11,885 nt of DNA from a bacterium. Lineage in GTDB: Bacteria; SZUA-182; DTGQ01; JAFGSM01. The stretch lies in NCBI GenBank assembly GCA_049472315.1, contig JBLIRN010000081.1:1-11885 (forward strand), in the 5' to 3' direction. A program made the position numbers and the translations under genes. Shown here one piece after another: positions 1 through 8,428 of the stretch; position 1 is the stretch's first letter; each line of letters opens with the position of its first letter. The notes below the pieces were generated by a model, which did no database searches, was not told the origin of the DNA, and was given only the letters and a program-made list of their open reading frames with translations.

Positions 1-3000
1 CGTGCACCCCGGAGCTCTCGAAGGCGGCTTGAATCACGTGGGCGTGATCGCACATATAAGGGATGTAGAGCATCCGGTCCCTTTCATTGAGTTGGGGCGT
101 TCTCACCACAGGCCCTTGGTGCTGCACGTCCCCTTTGATATTTGCGAGGCTGTCCGCGAATGCCTCACACCGGGTGATGGCCCCTGCATCCGCGCTGTGT
201 TCGTCGATCTCCATCTGGAGGTAGGGTTTGCCTTCCATCTTTGTGCTGAAGAACTTGGCAATGAAGGAGTCGGGGCCGCAGCCGAAATTGGTCAGGTACA
301 CGGCAAAGAGCCGGGGATCATGCCGGATGATCTCCGCTGCGGCAAGGATTCTTCGGCCGTACCGCCAGTACATGTTCGGCCAGTCCCCGGCGATATCCAC
401 CGAGGCCAGGGGAAGAAAGTCGAGGGGGAGAACGGTGAGCCCGAGGTCCCTGAATATCTTCGGAATCTGGAGATTGATTCCCTGGTCGCATCCGTTGTAA
501 GGCCTGCTCACAATCACCATGGCCTTCTGATCGGGGGGGAGCGCGGAGAGGATTTCCCTCCCCCGTTTTGATACCGCCTCGTAGAACCTCCTCTGGCTGG
601 TCAATGCCATATAAATGGCCTCCCTGACGGCGTATCCCCTGAACCCGAGGGCCTTGCCGATCTTGAGGAGGGTAGTGGAAAGATGCCTCTCACCCCAGTT
701 GAGCTGCACCACCGGGTGGAGGAGTTTCACCCGGTGCTGCGCCATATCGATGGCGGATTGTATGGTGTAGGGTATGGTTTGCACGTAGGGACAGTTGAGG
801 TTGCTCCTCATGGAGTGGTTTCCCGCGTGACTCTCGTGCGGCATACTGATGATGCTCGGCAAAAAGATGTATTCCACCTGCTTTTTGATGAGATCCAGGA
901 TATGCCCGTGGGCCACCTTGATGGGAAAGCAGGTCTCGGCGACCACGGCCTGAATGCCGAGGTCGATGATGGGTTTATTGGTGTGCCCCGAGAGGATGAC
1001 CTCGCAGCCGAGCTGCTCAAAGAAGGTCTTCCACAGGGGCAAAAGCTCATGGTAGAAGAGGGCCATGGGAAGGCCGATCCGGGGGCCGCCCTTCTTTGAG
1101 GGTGGAGGGAAGTATTCTTTCTGCAAAAATGACTCCCGCTCGGCAAAGAGGTCGGGGATGTCGGTCCGTTCCCTTTGGCGTTTCTTGACATCGAAACGCT
1201 CGCACCTGCTTCCGTAGAACAGGGGATCCTCCCCTTCCACGACGACCTTGCGCACCTGACACACATTCGAGCATCCCTTGCATTCGAAGCTTTCCACTGC
1301 GTAGGGACGGCGGCTGAGATCGAATCCCTTGAAACCCGACCGGGTCCAGTGACGCTTCTCCTTAGCGATGAGGGCCACGCCGATGGCCCCGGTGACCTCG
1401 TGGTGGGGAGGGACGATGATCGGTTTCCCGAGCACCTGCTGGAAGGCGGCGATAACCGCCTTGTTGAAGGCTACCCCTCCCTGGAAGAAGATCCTGGTGC
1501 CGATGGACCGCTCGCCCACCACCCGGTTGAGGTAATTATGGCAGATTGAATAGGCAAGCCCCGCAATCAGGCCATCCTTGGGGGCGCCTTGTTGCTGGTG
1601 GTTGACCAGGTCGCTCTCCATAAAAACGGTGCAGCGGTCACCAAGTGAGACCGGCGCATCCGCCCGGAAGGCAATGTCCCCGAATTCCTCCTTGATGCTG
1701 ATCCCGAGTTTCTCCGCCTGTTCCTCGAGAAAGGAGCCGGTGCCCGCAGCACAGACCTTGTTCATCTCGAAATCCACCACTGCGCCGTTTTCAAGTCGTA
1801 TGTACTTGGAATCCTGACCCCCGATCTCGAATATGGTGTCCACCTCGTCGTCGATTGCTGCTGCAGCGCGCGCCTGGGCGGTGATCTCGTTTTTGACGAT
1901 GTCTCCCCCCACGAAATCCGCGATGAGATACCTGCCCGAGCCGGTGGTGCCCACCCCGAGGACCTCGATGCGGTCTCCGATTTCGCGGCCGATCTCGTCG
2001 AGCCCCTGCCGAACGGCCTCGATGGGACGGCCTGCGGTCATCAGGTACCGTTTGGCGAGCACCCGTCCATCCTCATCGATGGCAACCACGTTGGTGCTTA
2101 TGGAGCCGATATCGATCCCCAGGAAGGCCCCGATCAATGTATTGGATGTGCACCGTTGTCCCGGTGATGCGCATCCCTGCGCATCCTTTTCCGTATCCTG
2201 CCGGGGGGAGGAAGACGAGGTCTTCCCGCAGAGTTCTCCTTCACAGTCGAAGGCGGGCTGGGTCATGGTGCCGACGCCCTCGCACAGGCAGGGAAGGGAA
2301 TTTTTCCGGTAACATGGCCGTTTGAGATGCCCTTCCAGCCGGGCAATGAGCCCTGGAATGTCCACCGGAACGAGGGATCGTCCCGACCCCTTCCCTGTAT
2401 TGACCGGGATGCCCTCACCAGGGGCCTGGCCGGCGGTGCACTGGGTGGTCCGTATCTGCTCCCTCGTGAATGCCCTGTCCTTGATGCCCAGTATGCAGGC
2501 GCCGATCGCCCCCATTGCCGCATAATGTTCAGGGATGATCAATTCACCCTGATCGAGATTCAACACCGACTCGAATGCGCGTATCATGCCCCTGTTTGCT
2601 GCAACCCCCCCTTGGAAGCTTATGGGCTTATGAAAGGTTTTCCCCCTCCCGATGGTCCCCTTGAAATTTCTGGCCATGGCGAAACACAGGCCGGCGACGA
2701 TGTCGTAATCCGTGGTTGCCTCCTGCTGGAGATGGATCATGTCCGATTTGGCGAATACACTGCACCGTCCCGCTATGCGGGGAGGGGTAACCGATTTAAG
2801 GGCCAGGCTGCCGAATTCCTCGATGCTCAAACCGAGACGGGAAGCCTGTTGGTCAAGGAACGAGCCGGTACCTGCGGCGCAGACGGAGTTCATGGAAAAA
2901 TCATCCACCCGGATCATGTTGAGCCGTTCGTCCCGGTCCAGGCATATGAGCTTTGAATCTTCCCCGCCGATCTCTATGATTGTCCTCACCTGGGGGTAGA

Positions 3001-3304
3001 AGTGAGCGGTTGCCCTGGCCTGTGCGATTACCTCGTTGACGGTGCCGGCGTTCAGGATCTCTGCCAGGAGTGCCCTGGCGGAGCCTGTTCCCATGATGCG
3101 GGTGATGCGGCATGAGTAGGGGCCTGACGAGAGGTCGTCAAGAATATGGGCGATGGTCGAAAAGGGCTGGCCTTTATGGCGGATATAAGCTGTCCGGAGG
3201 ATGGTGCACTCGGTATCCACAAGCGCCATATTCACGCTCACCGATCCCACGTCAAGACCAAGCAGGATGTGTGGACCGTGCATACAACCAGGGCGTTTCG
3301 CCAT
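1..3304 (-). CDS. Acyl-CoA dehydratase activase-like multidomain protein (2x BcrAD/BadFG ASKHA ATPase + DUF2229-type C-terminal regions); 3' end lies beyond the window
   Basis: Manual translation from ATG 3304 (SD GGGGAGGG upstream). Domain 1: LGLDVGSVS, IIEIGGEDSK, DFSMNSVCAAGTGSFLDQQA, GRCSVFAKSD, FQGGVAAN. Domain 2: LGIDIGSISTN, FEIGGQDSK, DFEMNKVCAAGTGSFLEEQA, DRCTVFMESD. Then FECKGCSNVC, ETCFPIKVAHGH, CPYVQ, TNFGCGPDSF, MEIDEHSADAG, LYIPYMCDH. No stop seen in the stretches translated. The plus-strand ORFs at 2, 683, 1175, 2327 and 3146 are its in-register antisense shadows. Confidence 0.93.
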   Translation of the reverse strand, partial: MAKRPGCMHGPHILLGLDVGSVSVNMALVDTECTILRTAYIRHKGQPFSTIAHILDDLSSGPYSCRITRIMGTGSARALLAEILNAGTVNEVIAQARATAHFYPQVRTIIEIGGEDSKLICLDRDERLNMIRVDDFSMNSVCAAGTGSFLDQQASRLGLSIEEFGSLALKSVTPPRIAGRCSVFAKSDMIHLQQEATTDYDIVAGLCFAMARNFKGTIGRGKTFHKPISFQGGVAANRGMIRAFESVLNLDQGELIIPEHYAAMGAIGACILGIKDRAFTREQIRTTQCTAGQAPGEGIPVNTGKGSGRSLVPVDIPGLIARLEGHLKRPCYRKNSLPCLCEGVGTMTQPAFDCEGELCGKTSSSSPRQDTEKDAQGCASPGQRCTSNTLIGAFLGIDIGSISTNVVAIDEDGRVLAKRYLMTAGRPIEAVRQGLDEIGREIGDRIEVLGVGTTGSGRYLIADFVGGDIVKNEITAQARAAAAIDDEVDTIFEIGGQDSKYIRLENGAVVDFEMNKVCAAGTGSFLEEQAEKLGISIKEEFGDIAFRADAPVSLGDRCTVFMESDLVNHQQQGAPKDGLIAGLAYSICHNYLNRVVGERSIGTRIFFQGGVAFNKAVIAAFQQVLGKPIIVPPHHEVTGAIGVALIAKEKRHWTRSGFKGFDLSRRPYAVESFECKGCSNVCQVRKVVVEGEDPLFYGSRCERFDVKKRQRERTDIPDLFAERESFLQKEYFPPPSKKGGPRIGLPMALFYHELLPLWKTFFEQLGCEVILSGHTNKPIIDLGIQAVVAETCFPIKVAHGHILDLIKKQVEYIFLPSIISMPHESHAGNHSMRSNLNCPYVQTIPYTIQSAIDMAQHRVKLLHPVVQLNWGERHLSTTLLKIGKALGFRGYAVREAIYMALTSQRRFYEAVSKRGREILSALPPDQKAMVIVSRPYNGCDQGINLQIPKIFRDLGLTVLPLDFLPLASVDIAGDWPNMYWRYGRRILAAAEIIRHDPRLFAVYLTNFGCGPDSFIAKFFSTKMEGKPYLQMEIDEHSADAGAITRCEAFADSLANIKGDVQHQGPVVRTPQLNERDRMLYIPYMCDHAHVIQAAFESSGVH

Positions 3305-3386
3305 AGTTTTCCCTCCCCGTCGACATTTGATCTAAAAACGAGATTTCGGCACCACGATCATTGGCATGTTCATGATAGGAAATCTT

Positions 3387-3416
3387 ATTATATAGAGAAT
3401 GCGTCCGTTTAATCAA
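3387..3416 (-). promoter_or_regulatory. Putative sigma70 promoter for the activase gene
   Basis: TTGATT-N18-TATAAT on the minus strand, with the -10 about 80 nt upstream of the ATG at 3304. Confidence 0.55.
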
Positions 3417-3442
3417 GGGACAGGGAATGATTGCTGTCCCTT
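3415..3442. repeat. Perfect 9-bp inverted repeat (operator or hairpin) between divergent promoters
   Basis: AAGGGACAG-N10-CTGTCCCTT. Confidence 0.6.
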
Positions 3443-3466
3443 TCATGAATTGCCGGATCGATACGC

Positions 3467-3496
3467 TTTACAAGGAATGAAGACATATACTATAGT
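3467..3496 (+). promoter_or_regulatory. Putative sigma70 promoter for uppP
   Basis: TTTACA-N18-TATAGT; would give a leader of about 175 nt. Confidence 0.45.
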
Positions 3497-3678
3497 TACC
3501 GGGGGATGACGTATTCGCAAAAAGTCCACGAGCGACGGATCAATGGTTGTTCGCATCCGGTCTTCCCTAAGACAAATCCTGAAAACTCGACGTTTGCGAT
3601 TTTCAGAATCCATATTCCGCCGAGCGGACGCTCCGGGCACCATGCAATGCCCCGGCGTAGGGGAAAGGACAAAAATTT

Positions 3679-4470
3679 ATGGGATATGCGCAGCCTGTCA
3701 TTTTGGGGATAGTCCAGGGATTGACGGAATTCCTCCCCGTCAGCAGCTCCGGTCATCTGGTCCTTGCGGAGCGGATGCTCACGAATTTTCAAAGACCGGG
3801 CGTATGCCTGGAAATTCTTTTGCACATGGGCACACTCATATCTCTCATTGCTTACTTCAGAGGGGACCTGAGGGCCATCCTGGCCGATCTTTTTGCGGCA
3901 AAGGGTGAAAAAGGCGCCCCTGGACGGAGGTGGGCCCTGTTGATCGTGCTGGGTTCCATTCCCACCGCCCTGATCGGCTTTTTGTTCGAGGGGTGGTTCG
4001 AGCGCATGTTCTCCAGCGTTTCCGCCGTGGGGATCAGTCTGATGATTACCGGGCTTCTGCTCTGGGTTTCGGATCGGGTCAAGGGAAAAGAGAAGGGGAT
4101 TGCCCGGATGACGGTGTGGGATTCCCTCGGGATCGGTTTTGTACAGGGCCTGGCCATCACCCCGGGCATTTCGCGGTCCGGTTCCACCATCGCCATGGGG
4201 ATCTTTCTGGGGCTTGATCGTGACACCGCAGCACGGTTTTCCTTTCTGCTCTCAATCCCCGCACTCTGCGGTGCATTGCTGTTCAAGGTGAACGAGGTCT
4301 GCCGTCTGTTTTCCTTCAATTGGATCGGGTATATGTTGGGTGCGTGCACCGCGGCGGTGGTCGGATACATAAGCATTATCGTGGTCCTGAGGATGGTCCT
4401 GCTGAAAAAGCTCTCCCCCTTTGCCTATTACTGCTGGGCCGTGGCCGTGATCGCCCTGTTTCTGGTATAA
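3679..4470 (+). CDS. uppP: Undecaprenyl-diphosphate phosphatase (BacA/UppP)
   Basis: 263-aa polytopic membrane protein with GIVQGLTEFLPVSSSGHL, PGISRSGSTI and AARFSFLLSIPA; SD GAAAGGA upstream. Confidence 0.97.
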   Translation: MGYAQPVILGIVQGLTEFLPVSSSGHLVLAERMLTNFQRPGVCLEILLHMGTLISLIAYFRGDLRAILADLFAAKGEKGAPGRRWALLIVLGSIPTALIGFLFEGWFERMFSSVSAVGISLMITGLLLWVSDRVKGKEKGIARMTVWDSLGIGFVQGLAITPGISRSGSTIAMGIFLGLDRDTAARFSFLLSIPALCGALLFKVNEVCRLFSFNWIGYMLGACTAAVVGYISIIVVLRMVLLKKLSPFAYYCWAVAVIALFLV

Positions 4471-4494
4471 GATTGGGCGATGACAGGGTTTCAT

Positions 4495-4522
4495 TTGCAT
4501 GGTTCCCATTTACGGGTATAAT
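4495..4522 (+). promoter_or_regulatory. Putative internal sigma70 promoter for ftsK-lolA
   Basis: TTGCAT-N16-TATAAT (perfect -10) in the 122-bp uppP-ftsK spacer. Confidence 0.55.
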
Positions 4523-4592
4523 GATTCATGACACCATGTATCCGTGCTCATTCCCGAAACAGGGATCGGCGGTAAAATGATGCGGGGGGAAT

Positions 4593-6764
4593 ATGATTTC
4601 ATTGAAAGGTGAGCGGATCTTCCAGGAGGTGGTCGGACTCTTCCTGATTGCCCTTACCATATTCCTCATCCTCAGCCTGGTCTCCTATTCCAAGACCGAT
4701 CCCTGTCTGAATGTGGCCTGTGGAGGCGATGCCGCGAAGGTGCACAAGGTTTCCAACTACGCCGGCCCCCTGGGCGCGATTGTGGCGGATGTGCTGATAC
4801 GCTTTTGGGGGATCACCGCCTTTTTCATCCCTCTGATTACCCTTGTGTTCGGTGCGCACATCATGGCAATGAAGCCCGTTGCCCGGAAGTGGACGGTAAC
4901 CCTGGGAATCGTATTCATCCTCTTCTCCACGCCTCCCCTGATCTCGTTGCTTTTTTCCAGGCAAGAGTTCGCCATATGCGGACTCACCCTGGACTCTTCC
5001 GGGTGGGTGGGACGCTCCATCGCCCGGGATCTCTTTGCGCATTACATGGGGCTCCCCGGCGCCTATCTGGTCCTCGTCACCATCTGGGTGGCAGGGACCA
5101 TGATGTTGACCCGCATTTCCCTGATCAGCCTGGGCGGGGCCATAGGCTACTGTATGCGCAGCAGTGCGTACTTTGTACGCACCCGGTTAAAACGGCAGGA
5201 TCACTTCGCGGACAAGGCCCCGGTCATACCTAAAGAGATCACCCGAAAGAGAAAGGAAGCGGCGGAACAGCCCGTGAATATCCAGGTCGCGGATGCCGAG
5301 GAGAAACCCCCTGAATTCAATCGCCACCACCTCCTTCCCCCCTTCAGTCTCCTGCGCAAGGCGGAGAAAAATCCTCAGAAAAAGGCCGAGATACAGCGGG
5401 AAATCACCAACAATTCCCGGCTGCTCGAGACCAAGCTGCTCGATTTCGGCATAGAGGGGAAGGTGGTGCAGGTGCATCCGGGGCCGGTGGTCACCCGCTA
5501 TGAATTCGAGCCTGCACCCGGGATCAAGATCAATCGCATCTCCAATCTCTCCGACGACCTGGCGCTCGCCATGAAGGCGCTTTCGGTGCGGATCGTGGCG
5601 CCGGTGCCGGGGAAATCGGTGGTGGGCCTGGAGATTCCCAACTCGCGCAGGGAAATCGTGGTGCTGCGCGACATCCTTTCATCAAAGGAGTTCAGAAACG
5701 CGGATTCCAAGCTTGCCCTTGCCCTGGGCAAGGACATCGCAGGCAAACCCTATGTCACCGACCTTGCCCGGATGCCGCACCTGCTGGTGGCGGGGGCGAC
5801 CGGATCGGGTAAGAGCGTGTCCGTCAACGCCATCATATGCAGCATTCTGTTCAATGCGACCTCGGATGAGGTGAAGTTCCTGATGATCGATCCCAAGAGG
5901 CTCGAACTTGGTATCTATAACGATATCCCTCATCTCCTGGTACCGGTAGTGATGGAGCCGCGACAGGCGGGAAATGCGCTCCGCTGGGCCACCGAGGAGA
6001 TGGATAACCGATACCGGCTGCTTTCCGAGAAGGGGGTCAGGAATATCGACCAGTATAATGCCCTGGTGGAGAGCGGGGTGATGGCAGAGGAGGATGACGA
6101 GCCGCTGGAAAAGCTCCCCTATATCGTCATTGTGATCGATGAATTTGCGGATCTGATCCTGATAGGGGGCAGGGAGGTGGAGTCGCTGCTTACCCGTCTT
6201 GCCCAGATGGCAAGGGCGGTGGGCCTGCACCTGGTGATCGCCACCCAGCGTCCCTCGGTGGACATCATAACGGGGCTCATCAAGGCCAACTTTCCGTGCC
6301 GGATTTCCTTTCGGGTCTCCTCAAAGACCGATTCGCGAACCATCCTGGACCAGAACGGTGCCGAAAAGCTTTTGGGCATGGGGGACATGCTCTTCATACC
6401 CCCCGGGTGTTCGGATCTGGTGAGGATCCATGGCTCCTCGGTCACCGAGGAGGAGATAAATTCCCTGGTGGACTTTCTCATACAACAGGGTCCCCCTGAG
6501 TATGATACCTCCATAATCTGTGATCGCACCGAGGATGAAAAGGGGGCCGATTCCTCGGAATATGATGAGCTCTATGACCAGGCGGTGGACCTTGTGGTCA
6601 AGACGAACAAGGCCTCCATATCGATGGTGCAGAGACGACTGAGGATCGGGTACAACAGGGCTGCCCGGATGATCGAGTTGATGGAGCGGGACGGCGTGGT
6701 GAGCAAGCCCGAGGGAAGCAAACCCAGACAGGTCCTGGTGAGGAAGGAACATGAGGCCATATAG
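4593..6764 (+). CDS. ftsK: DNA translocase FtsK/SpoIIIE
   Basis: N-terminal transmembrane region (NYAGPLGA), short linker, Walker A GATGSGKS, Walker B IVIVIDEFAD, ATQRPS, GAEKLLGMGDML, and gamma winged helix SISMVQRRLRIGYNRAAR. Confidence 0.98.
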   Translation: MISLKGERIFQEVVGLFLIALTIFLILSLVSYSKTDPCLNVACGGDAAKVHKVSNYAGPLGAIVADVLIRFWGITAFFIPLITLVFGAHIMAMKPVARKWTVTLGIVFILFSTPPLISLLFSRQEFAICGLTLDSSGWVGRSIARDLFAHYMGLPGAYLVLVTIWVAGTMMLTRISLISLGGAIGYCMRSSAYFVRTRLKRQDHFADKAPVIPKEITRKRKEAAEQPVNIQVADAEEKPPEFNRHHLLPPFSLLRKAEKNPQKKAEIQREITNNSRLLETKLLDFGIEGKVVQVHPGPVVTRYEFEPAPGIKINRISNLSDDLALAMKALSVRIVAPVPGKSVVGLEIPNSRREIVVLRDILSSKEFRNADSKLALALGKDIAGKPYVTDLARMPHLLVAGATGSGKSVSVNAIICSILFNATSDEVKFLMIDPKRLELGIYNDIPHLLVPVVMEPRQAGNALRWATEEMDNRYRLLSEKGVRNIDQYNALVESGVMAEEDDEPLEKLPYIVIVIDEFADLILIGGREVESLLTRLAQMARAVGLHLVIATQRPSVDIITGLIKANFPCRISFRVSSKTDSRTILDQNGAEKLLGMGDMLFIPPGCSDLVRIHGSSVTEEEINSLVDFLIQQGPPEYDTSIICDRTEDEKGADSSEYDELYDQAVDLVVKTNKASISMVQRRLRIGYNRAARMIELMERDGVVSKPEGSKPRQVLVRKEHEAI

Positions 6765-7482
6765 CGTATCTACAGGTCGGGCGGTGAAGGCATATGCGGC
6801 GATCGTCATCATGGGCATATTCCTTGGGGGGCTTCACCCCGCAGGATTCGCCGCGGAAATCATCCCCGGCGTGCTTGAAGGATTCACGGGGTGGTATGCG
6901 ACGGTGCACTCACTTCGGGCGGATTTTCGTCAGACCACCTTCAATCCCCTCTGGGGGGAGAAACAGGAGGCACAGGGGGAGTTCTGGTTCAAGAAGCCGG
7001 GGTTGATGCGCTGGCAGTACACGATGCCTCAGAAGGACGTCATCACCATCAGCGAGGAGGGCCTGTGCTGGTACATCCCCGAGGATGAACAGTTGATCAG
7101 GAAGAGCAAGGAGGATGCCTTCACCACGGTGAGCCCCATGTCGCTTCTCGGCGAGAATATGGAATTGGAAAAGGATTTCGAGATAACCGGCATGGAGGAG
7201 ATGCGGGAAGAAAGGGAGGATGAGAAGGCACGCCGGGTCCTCGGGTATGTCATCCATATGAAGCCGCGCAACGAGCAGATGCCGGTCACGCGGATCGGCA
7301 TTGAGGTGCGGGCAGAGAAATTTTCCCTTGCCGCCATATCGGTTGAAGAGACATCAGGGAACACCAACCGGATCGCATTCGAGGCCCTTACGGTAAACCC
7401 TGAGGTGCCCGTCGACCTGTTCCGCTTTGTTCCCCCGCCGGGCACGAAGGTCATAACCCCCAAGGACTTCCCGGCCCTGTAA
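6751..7482 (+). CDS. lolA: Outer-membrane lipoprotein carrier protein LolA
   Basis: Signal-peptide-like N-terminus, LRADFRQ, GEFWFKKPGLMRWQY, C-terminal LFRFVPPPGTKVI; canonical position after ftsK with a 14-nt overlap. Confidence 0.9.
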   Translation: MRPYSVSTGRAVKAYAAIVIMGIFLGGLHPAGFAAEIIPGVLEGFTGWYATVHSLRADFRQTTFNPLWGEKQEAQGEFWFKKPGLMRWQYTMPQKDVITISEEGLCWYIPEDEQLIRKSKEDAFTTVSPMSLLGENMELEKDFEITGMEEMREEREDEKARRVLGYVIHMKPRNEQMPVTRIGIEVRAEKFSLAAISVEETSGNTNRIAFEALTVNPEVPVDLFRFVPPPGTKVITPKDFPAL

Positions 7483-7484
7483 TG

Positions 7485-8267
7485 CTACCGTTGTTCCGCC
7501 TCTCCGGTCATGGGCACGAACCGGACCGGGGCGATCTTTTCCTCGCGGAGCCCCTCCCGGGTCTTTCTGATCCTGTAGAGGTCCTGGGACTGTGATCCCA
7601 CGGGTAACACGAGCACCCCGCCCACGGCGAGTTGATCGATCAGGGGGGCGGGGATGTGGTCCGGGGCCGCGGTAATGATGATGGCGTCAAACGGGGCCTC
7701 CTCAGGCCATCCCTGATATCCGTCTCCCGCCCTCACATGGATGTTTTTGTATCCCATGCCCTCCAGTCGCTCAGCGGCAGTTCGAGCCAGATCATCAATG
7801 ATCTCGATGGAAAAGACCTCCTTGGCAATCTCTGCGAGGACGGCGGCCTGATATCCGGACCCCGTACCGATCTCCAGCACCTTTTCACCTCCGGATAGTC
7901 CCAGCAATTCCGTCATCAACGCCACGATATACGGCTGGGATATGGTCTGACCATGGCCGATGGGCAGGGGGTAGTCGTTATAGGCCATATACCTGAGGTG
8001 CTGCGGAATGAACAGATGACGTTTCACTGTGTTCATTGCATCGAGCACGAGGGGATCTTCAATACCCCGCGCCTTTATCTGGGTTTCCACCATACTGTTA
8101 CGAGACATCGCAAATGAATCGATTTCCTTTGTGGTTTCCCTTTCGTGAAAAATACCTTTCGGGGATGAGTTACATCCTGAAAGGAGTGAAAAGACAGGCA
8201 GGACAACCATCGGGAGGACGAACGCCAAATCTGATCCATGGTGAAACAGCCTGAAGAAAACGGACAT
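7485..8267 (-). CDS. pcm: Protein-L-isoaspartate (D-aspartate) O-methyltransferase with N-terminal lipoprotein-like extension
   Basis: [67 protein letters not shown] abuts ATG 8276, so ATG 8267 (or GTG 8270) is the better-spaced start. Confidence 0.95.
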   Translation of the reverse strand: MSVFFRLFHHGSDLAFVLPMVVLPVFSLLSGCNSSPKGIFHERETTKEIDSFAMSRNSMVETQIKARGIEDPLVLDAMNTVKRHLFIPQHLRYMAYNDYPLPIGHGQTISQPYIVALMTELLGLSGGEKVLEIGTGSGYQAAVLAEIAKEVFSIEIIDDLARTAAERLEGMGYKNIHVRAGDGYQGWPEEAPFDAIIITAAPDHIPAPLIDQLAVGGVLVLPVGSQSQDLYRIRKTREGLREEKIAPVRFVPMTGEAEQR

Positions 8268-8290
8268 CACCACCATCTCCTTACACTTTC

Positions 8291-8320
8291 ATTGTAGCCC
8301 ATATCATTGTTGAAGGTCAA
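8291..8320 (-). promoter_or_regulatory. Putative sigma70 promoter for pcm
   Basis: TTGACC-N18-TACAAT, directly upstream of the AAGGAG SD. Confidence 0.65.
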
Positions 8321-8399
8321 TACAATGGCGGCTATGGCCGTGGTTTGAACGTACATATTGCAATTCCACAATGGGATTACCGGGGAAACACGGCATGGG

Positions 8400-8428
8400 T
8401 AGACAAACGGGGTATGAGGGATTATAGT
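8400..8428 (+). promoter_or_regulatory. Putative sigma70 promoter for the def-fmt operon
   Basis: TAGACA-N17-TATAGT; predicted start near 8435. Confidence 0.6.

Noticed and set aside
1..3304. Activase as a pseudogene or recoded (Sec/Pyl) gene because it is missing from the ORF track
   Set aside because: Motifs stay in one frame throughout; it is missing only because its stop codon lies outside the window.
2..3412. Many short ORFs on both strands (e.g. 2-571, 683-1099, 1175-1549, 2327-2956, 808-1266)
   Set aside because: Antisense or off-frame shadows of the activase gene, with no recognisable motifs.
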